Source: a bacterium (GTDB lineage: Bacteria; Patescibacteriota; Dojkabacteria; B142; OLB20). Taken from it: 51,691 nt of DNA. The stretch lies in the NCBI GenBank assembly GCA_021463645.1, contig JAJTYI010000006.1, positions 1-51,691 of the forward strand, written 5' to 3'. Position numbers and translations under genes: made by a program. The notes under the pieces are model-generated. The model saw nothing but the letters and a program-made list of their open reading frames with translations. It had not been told where the DNA came from and did no database searches. Below, piece after piece: positions 29,025 through 36,825 of this stretch. The first letter of the stretch is position 1. Each line of letters starts with the position of its first letter.

Positions 29025-30305
29025 TTGGCCCAGAAAGCAATCCGTGAGTACTACGGAAAAAAATTGATTTTTCAGTATCTGCCAGAATTCTTAACCAGCT
29101 TCAGTCAAGGCTATAAAGGGGTAGAAATTGATTCTAAACAGTTAAATCAAATTAATAAACTTCCAAATTTCAAATATGGTTATGTTGCAAAGCCAGACGA
29201 GCTTTTTGGCAAGAGAGGAAAGAACAATCTCGTATTTATTAATACTGATCAGAAAAAAGTATTAAACTGGATAAAATCAAAATCATCAGTAAAAACCGTT
29301 ATCAAACAAAATGAAAAAGAACTCTCTGGGAGTTTAAGAAGATTTATTTTAGAACCTTTCATCCCTCACGACGAAGAATATTACTTAGCTATTAAAACTG
29401 AAAGATTAGTAGATAAATTATATTTTTCCACCTCAGGAGGCGTAGAGGTTGAAGATAATTGGGAGAAAGTTACCGGTATAGATATCCCATTTAGCCTTGA
29501 TAACTCACCTATTCACTCCTACGTTTCGAATACGATTGGCAAACTCATCAAAGATAAACAAGAAAGCACTCTATTAGCTGATTTCGTTTCTGCAATTTAC
29601 CAGGTTTTTAAATTACTGGATTTTTCATATCTTGAGATTAATCCTTTTGTAATTAATGATGGAGAGATCCATTTACTTGATTTTGTTGCCAGAATGGATA
29701 ACACAGCAGTATACAAAAACAGAAAACTATATGAAGTAATAGGGGAACCAGAATTCGCTCCACCATTTGGTAGTGAAATGCCAGAATCAGAAACTAAAAT
29801 TATTGAGATGGACGAAAGCTCTGGCGCATCTTTGAAATATAAGCTAATAAATCCAGATGGGAAAATTTGGCTTCTAACTTCCGGAGGAGGAGGAAGCGTG
29901 ATTTTTGCAGATACGGTTGGAGATTTGGGCTATCATTCAGAAATTGCAAATTACACTGATTATAGTGGAAACCCCAATACAGATGAAACTCAGGAGTTTT
30001 GTGAAATTATATTCTCCGATATGTTTAAAAGTAATAGAAAAGATAAAGTGTTAATTGTCGGAGGGGGAATAGCCAATTTTACAGATATTGCAAAAACGTT
30101 CACGGGGGTAGCTAGAGCAATAGAAAAACATCATAAACAATTCAATCAGCAGAAAATCAGAATTTTCGTACGTAGGGGAGGACCAAATTATAAAAGAGGG
30201 CTTGAATTCATGAAAAGTATGGCTGAAAAATATAATATAGAGATAACAGTACATGGTCCCGAGATGTATATGACAGAGGTGGTCAGATTGGCACTAGAAA
30301 CTTAA
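29025..30305 (+). CDS. aclB: ATP-citrate lyase, ATP-grasp/citrate-binding subunit (AclB type)
   Basis: 426 aa. TTG start with an AGGA sequence 8 nt upstream. It is collinear with the N-terminal part of eukaryotic ACLY as I recall it. Matching blocks are VAKPDELFGKRGK, FILEPFIPH, YLEINPF, SGASLKYKLINPDGKIWLLTSGGGGSV, IANYTDYSGNP, GGGIANFTD and IFVRRGGPNY. Confidence 0.9.
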   Translation: MAQKAIREYYGKKLIFQYLPEFLTSFSQGYKGVEIDSKQLNQINKLPNFKYGYVAKPDELFGKRGKNNLVFINTDQKKVLNWIKSKSSVKTVIKQNEKELSGSLRRFILEPFIPHDEEYYLAIKTERLVDKLYFSTSGGVEVEDNWEKVTGIDIPFSLDNSPIHSYVSNTIGKLIKDKQESTLLADFVSAIYQVFKLLDFSYLEINPFVINDGEIHLLDFVARMDNTAVYKNRKLYEVIGEPEFAPPFGSEMPESETKIIEMDESSGASLKYKLINPDGKIWLLTSGGGGSVIFADTVGDLGYHSEIANYTDYSGNPNTDETQEFCEIIFSDMFKSNRKDKVLIVGGGIANFTDIAKTFTGVARAIEKHHKQFNQQKIRIFVRRGGPNYKRGLEFMKSMAEKYNIEITVHGPEMYMTEVVRLALET

Positions 30306-30315
30306 ATTTATAAAT

Positions 30316-32133
30316 TTGAAAATGCAGGAACTATTTACGAAAAATACTAAAGTAATCTTTTATAATGAACATCCTGTGCCTATTCAAGCAATGCTCGATT
30401 ATGATTGGATTTGCGCGAAATCAGAACCCTGTGTTTCAGCAATTATAAATCCAAAGAAATCGGGCTTCCACAAGACTTTTTTCGGACCAAAGGAGATACT
30501 CATACCAGTTTTCAAGACGCTGGAAGAGGCCGTCCGATATGATCCAAAAGCAGATGTGTTAATCAATTTTGCTTCAGTAAGAAGTAGTTTTGAAAGCACT
30601 AAAGTTGCGCTAGAAGCTCCAAATATACGGACTGTGGTTTTGGTAGCGGAAGGAATCCCCGAAAATCAGACAAGAGAACTTATTAGACTAGCCAAGGAAA
30701 ACAAGAAATGGATAATAGGACCTTCAACAGTTGGAGCAATCAAAGCGGGTGCGATTCGAGTAGGATATAGTGGTGGAAGTAGTGAAAACATCATCGAAAG
30801 CAAACTTTACCAACCTGGAAGTGTAGGAGTGGTGACAGTTTCAGGAGGAATGTCGAATGAGGTTTATAGCATAGTGAATAACAATACTGACGGTGTGAAC
30901 GAAGGTGTGGCGATAGGAGGTGACACTTATCCTGGATCAACACTTTTAGAGAATGTCATGAGATTACACGACAATCCTGAGATTAAAATGTTGGTAGTTT
31001 TAGGAGAAATCGGAGGCACCGATGAATACGAAATTGCAGATGCAATTAAATCAGGAAAAATCAATAAGCCAGTTGTGGCATGGGTGAGTGGGACTGTTGC
31101 AGAATTATTCCCAACTGAGGTTCAATTTGGTCACGCAGGCGCGAGATCAGGTAGTCGTAAAGTATCAGCAGTAGCGAAGAACAAGGCACTTAAAGACGCC
31201 GGGGCATACATTCCCAAGTCATTCAATCAATTTGGCTATTTAATTAAAAAGGTTTTTGATGATGAAGTCCGAAAGAAAAAAGACTATATACCTCCTACTC
31301 AAGTAACTCCTCAAATCCCCGCTCTTGACTTTGAAAGCGCAATTCGAGATGGATTGATTAGGAGAAGAACTTCGATAGTATCTGGAATCAGTGACGATAG
31401 GGGAGACAAACTAACCTACAATGGCGTTGATATTGATAAAATCGTTGATAAACCACTATCTTACACGATAAATGCACTTTGGTTTGAAAATCGACTGGAT
31501 GAAACAGGTATGGATTTTCTTGAATTGTGCTTGAAACTAACTGCAGATCACGGACCAGCAGTTGTAACAGCACATAACGCAATTACTACAGCTAGAGCTG
31601 GTAAGGACTTGGTTTCTTCTGTAGTTTCTGGACTCTTAACAATTGGACCGAGACATGGTGGAGCAATTAATGATGCAGCAAAATGGCAGTTCGAATGTAT
31701 CACCAATCAAATTGATTCAGCAGATTTTGTAAAGGAGATGAATTCTAAAGGGGAATTAATTATGGGAATAGGGCATAGAATCAAATCTATTCAAAATCCA
31801 GATGAGAGAGTTCAACTAATTAAGAAATTTGCTAAAAAAAATCTAAAACAGACAGAACATTTGGAATTTGCTTTAGAAGTGGAGAACGAAACTACGAAGA
31901 AAAAGAACAACTTGATCCTGAATGTCGATGGAGCAATCGGAGCAGTTTTCTTGGACATTTTAAAGTCCAATAAATATGAGGATGAAGAAATTTTGGAACT
32001 GATTGAAATGGAATTATTTAATGCGATATTTTTACTAGGTAGAACAATAGGAATCATAGGACATGTATTAGACCAGAAAAGAATGAAGGAGCCGCTTTAC
32101 AGGCACCCTTGGGACGATATTTTGTATAAGTAA
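30316..32133 (+). CDS. aclA: ATP-citrate lyase, CoA-binding/citryl-CoA lyase subunit (AclA type)
   Basis: 605 aa. Phospho-His loop VQFGHAGA (His codon at 31132-31134). Other blocks are SGGMSNE, VAIGGDTYPGS, VVLGEIGGTDE and TADHGPAV, plus a citrate-synthase-like C-terminus LDQKRMKEPLYRHPWDDI. An alternative ATG start lies at 30322. Confidence 0.9.
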   Translation: MKMQELFTKNTKVIFYNEHPVPIQAMLDYDWICAKSEPCVSAIINPKKSGFHKTFFGPKEILIPVFKTLEEAVRYDPKADVLINFASVRSSFESTKVALEAPNIRTVVLVAEGIPENQTRELIRLAKENKKWIIGPSTVGAIKAGAIRVGYSGGSSENIIESKLYQPGSVGVVTVSGGMSNEVYSIVNNNTDGVNEGVAIGGDTYPGSTLLENVMRLHDNPEIKMLVVLGEIGGTDEYEIADAIKSGKINKPVVAWVSGTVAELFPTEVQFGHAGARSGSRKVSAVAKNKALKDAGAYIPKSFNQFGYLIKKVFDDEVRKKKDYIPPTQVTPQIPALDFESAIRDGLIRRRTSIVSGISDDRGDKLTYNGVDIDKIVDKPLSYTINALWFENRLDETGMDFLELCLKLTADHGPAVVTAHNAITTARAGKDLVSSVVSGLLTIGPRHGGAINDAAKWQFECITNQIDSADFVKEMNSKGELIMGIGHRIKSIQNPDERVQLIKKFAKKNLKQTEHLEFALEVENETTKKKNNLILNVDGAIGAVFLDILKSNKYEDEEILELIEMELFNAIFLLGRTIGIIGHVLDQKRMKEPLYRHPWDDILYK

Positions 32134-32178
32134 TTGGTGTTGAGTATAATTATTTCAATTAATCATTAACCTTACAGG

Positions 32179-33177
32179 ATGAACATACTATTAACAGGCG
32201 GAGCAGGGTATATCGGATCACATTGCACATTGGAACTGATAAAACGAGGTCATAAGGTAACAGTTCTGGACAATCTCGAGCGAGGTCACCAAGAAACTCT
32301 AGACACAATCAAGCAACAAGGAGGGGAGTTTGAATTTTTGAAACTCGACCTACGAAACCTTGAGGAGCTTCGAAACGGACTAAGAGACAGGCAATTTGAT
32401 GCAGTAATACACTTTGCCGCTTATATTGACGTAGGAGAATCAGTCAGAGAACCTGCAAAGTATTTTGAGAATAATGTAGTAGGTAGCCAATATTTATTCC
32501 AGATACTTTTAGAAAATAAAGTAAATAATGTAATTTTCTCTTCAAGTGCTGCAGTTTATGGGACACAAGAAATCGTTCCAATTCCAGAAACCGCAGAAAA
32601 GCATCCTGACAGCCCTTATGGGGAAACGAAGTTATTGATGGAAATGATTCTTGAAAACTATTGCCAATATTCAGGTATGAACGCCGTGGCTTTGAGATAT
32701 TTCAATCCATCTGGAGCAGAAGGGAACATAGGGGAGAGGCATTACCCAGAAACTCATGCAGTTCCTCGAGTATTAAAAGCATTGATGGATGATAAGTTCA
32801 CATTCGGTGTTTTTGGATCTGATTACAACACTCCAGATGGTAGTTGCATCCGAGACTTCATCCATATTCAAGATTTAGTAGATGCCCATATCGCCTGTAT
32901 AGATTTTTTGAACAATAACAAAGGTTTCCATGCATTTAATGTAGCTACTGGTAAAGGCACAAGTGTTTTAGAGCTAATAAATACAGCAGAGGAGGTTTCT
33001 GGTAGAAAATTAAACTATAAAATTCAACCAAGACGTGAAGGCGATCCAGCACAACTTGTTGCAGACCCCACGAAAATCAGCTCAGAGATTGGCTGGAAAG
33101 CTAAATTTGATATCAAAGACATCCTCAAGTCAGCTTGGGAGTTTGAACAAAAACGTCCTATGAGTGATTATCAATGA
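32179..33177 (+). CDS. galE: UDP-glucose 4-epimerase
   Basis: 332 aa with TGGAGYIGSH, SSSAAVYG and the YGETK catalytic Tyr/Lys. Confidence 0.9.
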   Translation: MNILLTGGAGYIGSHCTLELIKRGHKVTVLDNLERGHQETLDTIKQQGGEFEFLKLDLRNLEELRNGLRDRQFDAVIHFAAYIDVGESVREPAKYFENNVVGSQYLFQILLENKVNNVIFSSSAAVYGTQEIVPIPETAEKHPDSPYGETKLLMEMILENYCQYSGMNAVALRYFNPSGAEGNIGERHYPETHAVPRVLKALMDDKFTFGVFGSDYNTPDGSCIRDFIHIQDLVDAHIACIDFLNNNKGFHAFNVATGKGTSVLELINTAEEVSGRKLNYKIQPRREGDPAQLVADPTKISSEIGWKAKFDIKDILKSAWEFEQKRPMSDYQ

Positions 33178-33215
33178 GGTCGTTCCGCGGCTTGACAAGA
33201 AACCACACATCCGAG

Positions 33216-33345
33216 GTCTTCCCGTGGTTTAACCACGGGAACCCGTTATACCTATAGGTGCGTTTGAGAGTGTTCACGAGACTCCGCGGTCCCTCCCTTT
33301 CGGCAGGTCAGGTAACCGCGGAGAGACTGCGAGTATTGAGTAAAT
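33216..33345 (+). repeat. solo array of the hairpin repeat family also found flanking the GIY-YIG genes
   Basis: GC-rich island. The hairpin is TTCCCGTGG-tttaa-CCACGGGAA (33216-33244). It is followed by ATAGGTGCG ... AGACTCC and a degenerate second hairpin CCCTCCC-tttc-GGCAGG. The same spacer words (ATAGGTGaCG ... AGACTCC) occur at 43681-43710. Confidence 0.6.
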
Positions 33346-33358
33346 AAGGGAGTTTTCG

Positions 33359-33367
33359 TGATATAAT
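33359..33367 (+). promoter_or_regulatory. extended -10 promoter-like element (TGaTATAAT)
   Basis: TG at 33359-33360 and TATAAT at 33362-33367. It lies upstream of an AT-rich leader of about 130 nt that ends in a terminator. Confidence 0.35.
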
Positions 33368-33484
33368 GTATAAATTAATAAGGGAAATGAATTTCGCTAA
33401 ACAAATTAACAATACTTATCATTGGAATAAACTACTTCACGTGGCGGATTTTCCTATTTAAATAAATATTCAATCAATTTATTA

Positions 33485-33505
33485 CCGCCGAAAGGCGGTT
33501 TTTTT
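33485..33505 (+). terminator. intrinsic terminator/attenuator (GAAA tetraloop + U7)
   Basis: CCGCC (33485-33489), GAAA loop, GGCGG (33494-33498), then TTTTTTT (33499-33505). It lies 17 nt upstream of the ATG at 33523. Confidence 0.6.
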
Positions 33506-33522
33506 GTTATTAAAAAACTAAC

Positions 33523-34530
33523 ATGAAATTACCAAAAGTATACGCATTAGACAAAAGCTTAGAATCTGACTCAATCGATATGACATTGAGCATAAATCCT
33601 TTGGGCTGTTCTCAAAAAGTCTTAGATGAATTACAAAAAATAAATATGAGCGATATCAGTAAATATCCTAATGACAGAAAGATTCGAAAGTCGATATCCG
33701 AGAAATTTAATGTAAAAGAAGAAAATGTGTTAATGGGAGCTGGTTCAGAACAACTCATAAAACTAATTGCTCAGACCTTTGTTGAAAAAGGTGACTCAGT
33801 GTTGGTTCAAACTGGCTCGTTTCCGTTATTTACAAAAGAATCGAAACTGGCAGGCGGTAAAGTACAATATTTCAATCCACGAAACTTTAGAACAAGTACG
33901 AATCCAAAATTAATATTCATAAGTAACCCGAGTACGCCAACGGGAGAATTTTTTGAGGACCAAATCATACAAAAACTAATTAAAGACTTTCCCAAAACAA
34001 TGGTTATAGTGGACGAAGCAAATGGAGAGTTCAATAATCAAACATCCATTAATTCAGTTCTGAATAACGAAAATTTGATTGTATTAAGAACGTTTTCAAA
34101 AGTTTATGGACTAGCGGGACTCAGAATTGGATTCGCAGTTGGAAAGGGGAAGATGTTTACAAAATTAATTAAGGCACAACAACCATTCGCTGTATCCTCT
34201 GTTGGTTGCAGACTTGTCGAAATTGCCCTCTCTGATGATGTTTTCGTTGACCGTACAACAAATTTCTTCAATACAGAGCGATTATTTGTTACAAAGAATC
34301 TTCGAAACCTAGGATTAGATGTATCTAGTTCGATTACCAACAACTTATTTATTTCTGGAAAAAATATTGAAATCCTCATGAAAAAATTGAAAGAAATGGG
34401 GGTAGGGGTTATTGATAATTCTTACTTTCCAAATCTCCAGGAAAAAGGTTTTAGAATTTCGTTAAGGGATAAGAACACTAATAGGAAATTCATTAATATA
34501 GTTAAAGGGATTATGAAGGTGCCTACTTAA
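33523..34530 (+). CDS. class I/II pyridoxal-phosphate aminotransferase (HisC-like)
   Basis: 335 aa with SINPLG near the N-terminus, VDEANGEF, and the PLP-lysine block FSKVYGLAGLRIGF. Confidence 0.65.
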   Translation: MKLPKVYALDKSLESDSIDMTLSINPLGCSQKVLDELQKINMSDISKYPNDRKIRKSISEKFNVKEENVLMGAGSEQLIKLIAQTFVEKGDSVLVQTGSFPLFTKESKLAGGKVQYFNPRNFRTSTNPKLIFISNPSTPTGEFFEDQIIQKLIKDFPKTMVIVDEANGEFNNQTSINSVLNNENLIVLRTFSKVYGLAGLRIGFAVGKGKMFTKLIKAQQPFAVSSVGCRLVEIALSDDVFVDRTTNFFNTERLFVTKNLRNLGLDVSSSITNNLFISGKNIEILMKKLKEMGVGVIDNSYFPNLQEKGFRISLRDKNTNRKFINIVKGIMKVPT

Positions 34531-34548
34531 TCCAACTTAACCCCATAC

Positions 34549-34593
34549 TTATCCACAATCGATACAAAAGTTTTAGCCCTATAGTTATCCACA
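34549..34593 (+). promoter_or_regulatory. two perfect DnaA-box consensus 9-mers (TTATCCACA), same orientation
   Basis: Exact TTATCCACA at 34549-34557 and at 34585-34593, in the 216-bp gap upstream of the GT4 gene. The only other near match I noticed is TTATCCACc at 37181. Confidence 0.45.
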
Positions 34594-34746
34594 TTTGTTA
34601 ACTTATCGTATCTTTTTCGTATCTCCCTTATTTGACTTATGCTGTGAAACAATTAAAGTGTATATCGAAAATTTACCAAATATCGCCCTACTCTCGTTAC
34701 AAAAATTCCAAAACTATGGTTTAATACAGGTATAGCTTTTTTCACT

Positions 34747-35829
34747 ATGAAAATAGGAATAGATTTATCCCCCGTAGAGAAAGATCCAGCCGGTATAGGC
34801 CAATATTCACTTAGCCTGTTCACTGAATTATGCAAGATTGATAAAAAGAACACATATATCGTTTACACCACTGCCCCATTTCTGTTCGCAAATACAAAAA
34901 ACAAAGTAATCAAAGTCAATAAAAAATTACCAGCCTATGGTAGTCGTTGGATGAAATCAGTTGCGGAAGATGCGAAAAAGGAAGAATTGGATTTATTCAT
35001 CTCCCCTTCTAATCATCTTTTCACAAAGCTATTTCCCAAAACTATTCAGTATGTACATGATTTGGCACCCATCAAATTTCCAAAATTCTTTGGACGACGA
35101 GCATCTCTGAAATACAAAGCCACACTCAAACTTGCCACTTCAAAAGCACTACAAATTTTAACTATCAGCCAGTCAGTGAAAGAGGAAATCATCCATGATT
35201 ACCCGAAGACAAAAGGAAAAATTAACTTTATCTATCCTGGCCTAAATAAATGGATTGAGCTCGAGAACAAAGATCCTAATGCAATTATGGATAAATATGC
35301 CATTGATTATGACTACATTCTTACCTTGAGCACACTTGAACCTCGAAAGAACCATATTAATATGATTAAAGCATTCCATTTATTCAAAAAATCCACTAAC
35401 TCACCACTGAAATTCGCAATTATTGGCAAGAAGGGTTGGTTCTTTGATGAGATTTTCAAAATCGTTGCAGACCTCAACCTAGAGACCGAGGTTAAGTTCC
35501 TAGGCTATGTACCTAATCAAGAACTCAACCCAATTATAAAGAAAGCAAAAGCATTTATGTTCATGAGCTTTTATGAAGGATTCGGTATTCCTCCCATCGA
35601 GGCATTAAGTCTAAATGTGAAAACACTTGTTTCCGATATCCCAATCTTCCATGAAGCTTTTCAGGACAAAGTCGTGTATACAGATCCCTATTCACCTGAT
35701 AAAATAGCCCTTGCAATACAAAAGATCCTGGAACGAAATTACCAAAATACAGAGAAGTTCGTAGAGGATCGATATAGCTGGGAAAAGTCAGCGCACAAAC
35801 TATTATCGATTATTAATGAGTATAGATAA
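34747..35829 (+). CDS. GT4 family glycosyltransferase
   Basis: 360 aa with the E-x7-E motif YEGFGIPPIEA and KIGIDLSP at the N-terminus. Confidence 0.85.
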   Translation: MKIGIDLSPVEKDPAGIGQYSLSLFTELCKIDKKNTYIVYTTAPFLFANTKNKVIKVNKKLPAYGSRWMKSVAEDAKKEELDLFISPSNHLFTKLFPKTIQYVHDLAPIKFPKFFGRRASLKYKATLKLATSKALQILTISQSVKEEIIHDYPKTKGKINFIYPGLNKWIELENKDPNAIMDKYAIDYDYILTLSTLEPRKNHINMIKAFHLFKKSTNSPLKFAIIGKKGWFFDEIFKIVADLNLETEVKFLGYVPNQELNPIIKKAKAFMFMSFYEGFGIPPIEALSLNVKTLVSDIPIFHEAFQDKVVYTDPYSPDKIALAIQKILERNYQNTEKFVEDRYSWEKSAHKLLSIINEYR

Positions 35830-36367
35830 AAAAATATTAAAACAGTTTACCAAAGACGCAATTCGGAACCCCCTCTCTGTTTTTAAATACAGCTTTTTTA
35901 GATATATATTAATCGGAGTTTTAACGGTATTTGTGGGATTTGGAATTTTTAATTTCATTTCACTTACATCTGATATTCACGGAGGAGCTGCAAACTTCAT
36001 AGCAACCTTAATTTCATTAATATTTAATTTTTCCATGTCATACGCCTGGACTTTCAAGGTTCAGGGTAAACAAAAGATTAGAAGTCTTACAAGATACTCT
36101 ATGCTTGCAGCCTTTAATCTAAGTTTCGAGACATTCTCCATGTATGGTTTCATAGAGTTACTTGAGTCTAGATTAATCAACTTTTTGCTAGATAGCCCAA
36201 ACGTTGTAAAGGCTGTAGACTTCATATTAGTCGAGCTGGACTTTTATGAAGGAACCCAGGAAGGACTTATGCAGGCAATATTGCGAAACTTACTTAAAGT
36301 GATTGCGTTATTAATGATCATTTCTTGGAATTTTGTACTCTATAAGAGATGGGTTTTTAGGAAGTAA
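35816..36367 (+). CDS. GtrA-like membrane protein
   Basis: 183 aa with four TM helices and an N-terminal FFRYILIGVLTVFVGFGIF typical of the GtrA family. It overlaps the GT4 gene by 14 nt. Confidence 0.65.
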   Translation: MSIDKKILKQFTKDAIRNPLSVFKYSFFRYILIGVLTVFVGFGIFNFISLTSDIHGGAANFIATLISLIFNFSMSYAWTFKVQGKQKIRSLTRYSMLAAFNLSFETFSMYGFIELLESRLINFLLDSPNVVKAVDFILVELDFYEGTQEGLMQAILRNLLKVIALLMIISWNFVLYKRWVFRK

Positions 36368-36378
36368 TAACCATCCAT

Positions 36379-36448
36379 CCCGTGGTCATTCCTTGCTTTA
36401 AGCACGGAATCCCGTTTTCCTGATAAGTGCGAAAGAGAGCTTACGAGG
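36379..36448 (+). repeat. solo copy of the hairpin repeat family
   Basis: GTCATTCCTTGC-tttaa-GCACGGAATC (36386-36412), followed by CCCGTTTTCCTGATAAGTGCGAAAGAGAGCTTACGAG. This aligns with 33241-33280. Confidence 0.55.
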
Positions 36449-36478
36449 AGATTAATTTTGTTCTCAAAATAACTAAAT

Positions 36479-36784
36479 TCAATCTTTCCAGAGATTTCTA
36501 TTAGTTTCATTATATACGGCCCACAATTCCACGTCTCTTCCTACAAGCGCTAATAAGGTTGATCTCATGGGTTGCTCAAGTTTATCCATTATCAATTCAG
36601 TTGCATTAGAGTTACATAGAAAGTTGATTAGGTCCAGGTCAGAGCCATCCGTCAACCTCTCATTTTGTAATACGTCAGAAGCACTCATAATAGTTTGTGC
36701 CAAAGGCCAATCCTCTTGGAGTATCTCCGAAGGTAATAATCTCCAAAGTCTAGTACTAAATCTATATGTGGTCATGTGTACCAA
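36479..36784 (-). CDS. hypothetical protein
   Basis: 101-aa ORF, the last gene of the minus-strand unit 39427-36479. No family recognised. A 79-aa ORF lies antisense to it. Confidence 0.4.
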   Translation of the reverse strand: MVHMTTYRFSTRLWRLLPSEILQEDWPLAQTIMSASDVLQNERLTDGSDLDLINFLCNSNATELIMDKLEQPMRSTLLALVGRDVELWAVYNETNRNLWKD

Positions 36785-36825
36785 GAAATTAACGCAATAT
36801 AGATAACGGTAGGAAATATAATTTG

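Noticed and set aside
33304-33313. CAGGTCAGGT, a 10-nt match to the conserved 5' strand of SRP (4.5S) RNA helix 8, inside the GC-rich island after galE.
   Set aside because: The following sequence (AACCGCGGAGAGACTGCG) does not form the GNAR-tetraloop helix with the AGCA/GGAA internal loops. No Alu-domain or closing helix could be drawn either. The island is better explained as a copy of the hairpin repeat family.
33180-33505. T-box leader upstream of the HisC-like aminotransferase, suggested by F-box-like CCGTTA, AGAGAG and GGTGCG words and a terminal terminator.
   Set aside because: The motif order is wrong for a T-box. There is no recognisable T-box sequence (..GGGTGGTACCGCG..) overlapping the terminator. 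The same words recur at 36413-36448, where no downstream plus-strand gene exists.
34531-34746. Chromosomal replication origin, suggested by the two perfect DnaA boxes.
   Set aside because: There are only two boxes. I could identify no AT-rich 13-mer-type unwinding element. There is no dnaA, dnaN or gyrB neighbourhood, and the gene-strand switch in the window is at about 10.5 kb, not here. I kept it only as a DnaA-binding regulatory candidate.
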